This document shows positions 60,577 to 64,000 of a stretch of 64,000 nt of DNA, in pieces; position 1 is the first letter of the stretch; every line of letters begins with the position of its first letter. The translations under genes and the position numbers were made by a program. The DNA is from Azolla caroliniana (taxonomy: Eukaryota > Plantae > Polypodiophyta). Under the pieces are notes generated by a model, which did no database searches, was not told the origin of the DNA, and saw only the letters and a program-made list of their open reading frames with translations. Location: positions 19,592,001 to 19,656,000 of the forward strand of contig JBHGNT010000014.1 of the NCBI GenBank assembly GCA_043228905.1, written 5' to 3'.

Positions 60577-63500
60577 TGTCGTGGAGAAAACCGTCCCTAG
60601 GCAGAATCAGAGAATATCGGGAGAATCGGCGGAGTGCATCATGTGTACTCACCCTTGTAAAAACGTGTGAATAGTAGGAGTCAAGTCGAGACAAAGAATC
60701 CCATGTAAGTTAGGATTTATCCCACATTGTAACGCATCCCTCTCCTTAGTCTATAAAAGGAAGGGAGCGCCCCTTTGTGAAGGGGTTGCCCATTTTGAGT
60801 TAGGAGGCTATACAGTTAGGTTTAGTATTCCGTTTATCTTTTCTTCTTCTTCTTCTTCTTCCCCTTCGTGTTTGCTTAGGGTTTGCTTCCACTCTGTCTC
60901 TTGTGCAAGACCCCGCTCGGCGCAACAAGCCCGTGAGCTCCCCGATCGGTGGCTTGGCAGCTGACGACTGCTGTAACCTACCTTGGTCCGGCTCGAAGCC
61001 GGGGATGTATTCTTTCCCTTGTAATATACATATTTGCGTCTCTCTGTGCATATCGGTGTGTTTGGTGGTGTCGGAAGCACAACCCCTTGCTTCCTGTGCA
61101 TAAGAGTCGGTGTCGCGTGCACGCTCTCCCTCTCCTTTGTCTCTCTCTCTCTCATGTTCGGTTGCCTCCGGAGCGCGTCCGGAGTCGGTTTCTCTGCACC
61201 CCTTTTCTCCCTAGTCCGAGACCCCTGTGGTCCCGCCCTTCTCCACACACGCACGTAACAACGTGACATCGTTGGTGAACCTGATGTGAAGGGCAGCGAG
61301 GGAGCATGGAGATGGAAGAAGACTTCGAATTCGAGGAGATGATGACAAAGATCGTGATGGAAGCCGGCCAGAAGATAGTGAAGCGAGATGCGGCTCAACA
61401 AGCCGTCGAAAGGGTGGTCGATCGAGTCGGCCGGTTCAACGGGGACGATGTCCCGAGATTCTTAGAAGCATACAATGCCAAGATGACGAAGGAGGGTGTG
61501 GATGGAGCAATGAGGCTAGAGTTTTTTTGTCGAGTGGCGATCGTGTCGATGCACATAGAGGTCAAGGAGCTTTGTGAAGCTCACGAGTCGTGGGAGTCCT
61601 TTGAGGGAGCTCTATTGGAGGCGTACGGGTACGCGGAACCGGAAGGAAGAGGTCAACATGAGTTCGATCGGTGGGTGGCATCGGCGAGGCATCATCGAAG
61701 CGCGATGGAGGCATTCTGAGAGTTCGAGCATCGTTTCTCTCAACTCTCGGAGTGGGATCAGAGATCGGTGGGGGCGGACAAAGTCCTCCTATTTTTGAAG
61801 ACAGTTCATCAAGAGGACAGAATGGACATCTTATTTGAGCGTCAAGATGATTATGGAACACATGGTCTCACCGAGGAGTGGTCCGAAGTGGAATGGGTAT
61901 GCCAGCAACATGATGTGAGGCGGTCAGCCACAACACGGCCCGCGAGCGGCGGAGAAGAGAGAGCGGCGAGTGATTACGCACTACCGCCGGAAGAGAGCTC
62001 AATGCAAAATGGTTCGGAGGAGCTCGACCTAGAAGCGCTAATACGGGAGGCATGCGAGCTTGTGAAGGTGAAAATCGAAGCCAAAGAAGGGCTTATTTTG
62101 GAGTCAGGCCGGAGGCGATTGGAGGATGCAGAGGAAGAAGCCTCCCTAAGCATAGAAGATGGGGCCCTATACGGAGGCCGGGAGAGCGTACGACGTCGAC
62201 ATGGGAGAGGGTGCGGAACAAGCAACCCTCTTGCCTTGCGGTGAAGTGACGGCCATGGAGGCCGGTAACTACGGATTCGGGACATGGCAGCCCGAAAAAT
62301 CGAGTGGGGAGGAGACAAGCGGCGGTGCCGCGACCTTACACACACCGGCCCTAGGGCTCCGGTGGTCGCCCCGAGTGTCGGCGTGAGACCTAAAGCGACG
62401 GGCAGTGGCGGTGGCAAGGCGGGCAACCGAGACGACGACATGGAAGAGATGGCGGCCAGCGTAATCGAGCCTTCCACGATCGGATGCGGGGTAGCCGCGG
62501 ACCACGACGTCCGGATGGAAGCGGCTACGGACCGAACGAGCGGCGGTGCCGGGTCCTTACACACACCGGCCCTAGATGCTCCGGCAGTCGGCCTGAGTGC
62601 CGGCATAAGACCTAGAGCGACGGGCGGTGGCGGAGGCAAGGCAGGCAACTAAGATGACGACATGGAAGAGACGGCGGCAAGCGTAATCGAGGCTTGCGCG
62701 ATCGGAGGCGGGGTAGCCACGGACAACGATGTCCGGACGGATGCAGCTACGGACACAATGAGTGGCAGTGCCGGGTCCTTACCCACACCGGTCCTAGAGG
62801 CTCCAGCGGTCGGCCCGAGTGTCGGCGTTAGACCTAGAGCGACGGGCGGTGGCGGCGGTAAGGCGGGCAACCGAGACGACAACGAAGATTATAGCAGACA
62901 GAGGCAAGACCCCTCGATACCGGGGCCAGAGGCTACGGCGGTTGCGCTCGAATGCCAACGTAAGACCGAAGAAAAGGGCGGTGGCCGTGAGGAGCCGTGG
63001 CCTGGAGCGAACACGTACGAAGATGAGGATGCGAGGCCCGGAACGGGCATATACAAGAGGAGCGATGGAGAGGTCGGGAGTGGCAAAGAGGAGAGAGTCG
63101 GGGACCGACTCGACCGAAAGACGAAGTGGAAGAAGAGTGAAGCGGGGGCCGGTCAACCGGGCCCAAACCGAAAGAAGCCGGCAAGACCGGGATTGTTTGA
63201 TCGACTCCTTACCGACCGGTGACAGTTACGATCGGAGCCGATTACGGTTACGATGGGAGGCTAACCGGCCACGACGAGTACGGATCAGTGAGAGGTCGAG
63301 AGCAAGAGTGACCCTCCCCACCTATTCTAGAGACTTCGGCGGTTGCGGATCAACATAAGACCGGAGAGACGGCGGGTGGCGGCGAGGAGTCGGAGACCAG
63401 AACGGATGAAGCTACCGGAACGGGTACCCGGTGCGTGAAGATGGACAAGCACGGCCAAGACAGCAAGCTAGAGTTAGAAGGGGCTACGACGACAAAGGAC

Positions 63501-64000
63501 GAAGAGACCGACACGGAGGTCGGGTCTACGGCGGATGAGTCCTATAGGAAGGGACGGTGGCGGCAGGCGAACGTGATCGGACGACGGGGCAGAGCGGCAT
63601 GAAGGTATCAAGCCGGCGAGGCGGCTACGGACTGAATCGGACCTACCGGCAAGGTCATGGGCATAAGGAAGTTTGGTCCTATGGAATCCCCACACCAGAC
63701 CGGAGACGCCGGTAGTTCGGCCAGCATGGCAACGTAAGACCGTGAGAGAAGGATCGTGGCGGCGGGAAACGGGACCCGACTACACAGGAGACACGAGAAG
63801 AGTCTGGGAGGGACTCAAACAAAAGACACCTGAATTTCGGCAAGCAACGAAACGACGACTAGTCCTATGGGATCTTCACACCGATCCGAAGACTATGGTT
63901 GTTCAGCCAACGTGGCAACGTAAGACCGAGAGAGAAGGATGGTGGCGGCAAGGAACAAGACCCGGTATCGACAATAGCCAGCAAGACGAAAGTTGTCTAA
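60577..64000 (+). mobile_element. Trp-primed LTR element, probably gag-only, running off the window
   Basis: LTR 60577-61268, degenerate PBS 61273-61289, gag 61306-62244 with a stop, then a repeat-rich tail. Confidence 0.85.
62318..62880 (+). repeat. ~222-bp tandem repeat x~2.6
   Basis: Units start at 62318, 62539 and 62761. Confidence 0.85.

Overview
This window is eukaryotic, plant-type heterochromatin made almost entirely of nested transposable elements. A non-seed plant such as a fern is my inference from the element types. I found no host gene, rRNA, true tRNA gene or CRISPR array. An old minus-strand Copia (3' LTR 15540-15844, partly duplicated at 4715; 5' LTR 54266-54561; TSD GGAGA) has been inflated from about 5 kb to about 50 kb by insertions. 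The insertions are an intact two-ORF LINE inside a (GA)n tract, several tRNA-iMet-primed Copia elements, a chromovirus-like Gypsy remnant, tRNA-Trp-primed Gypsy elements with 4-bp TSDs and a foldback-like TIR element. More Trp-primed elements follow to the window end. The most unusual signals are: (1) tRNA-like A-box/B-box cassettes placed antisense and upstream of the TATA box in the LTRs of three different Gypsy families; (2) CpG-centred 4-bp target sites for the Trp-primed group; (3) a conserved G_GAT_TTT_TAG -1 frameshift site after the protease; (4) a LINE whose ORF1 and ORF2 are in frame, separated by one TAG, with no ORF2 ATG; (5) a foldback element with AACAC...GTGTT ends, a 4-bp TSD and palindromic modules. 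Coordinates and identities were read by eye and clade names are tentative.
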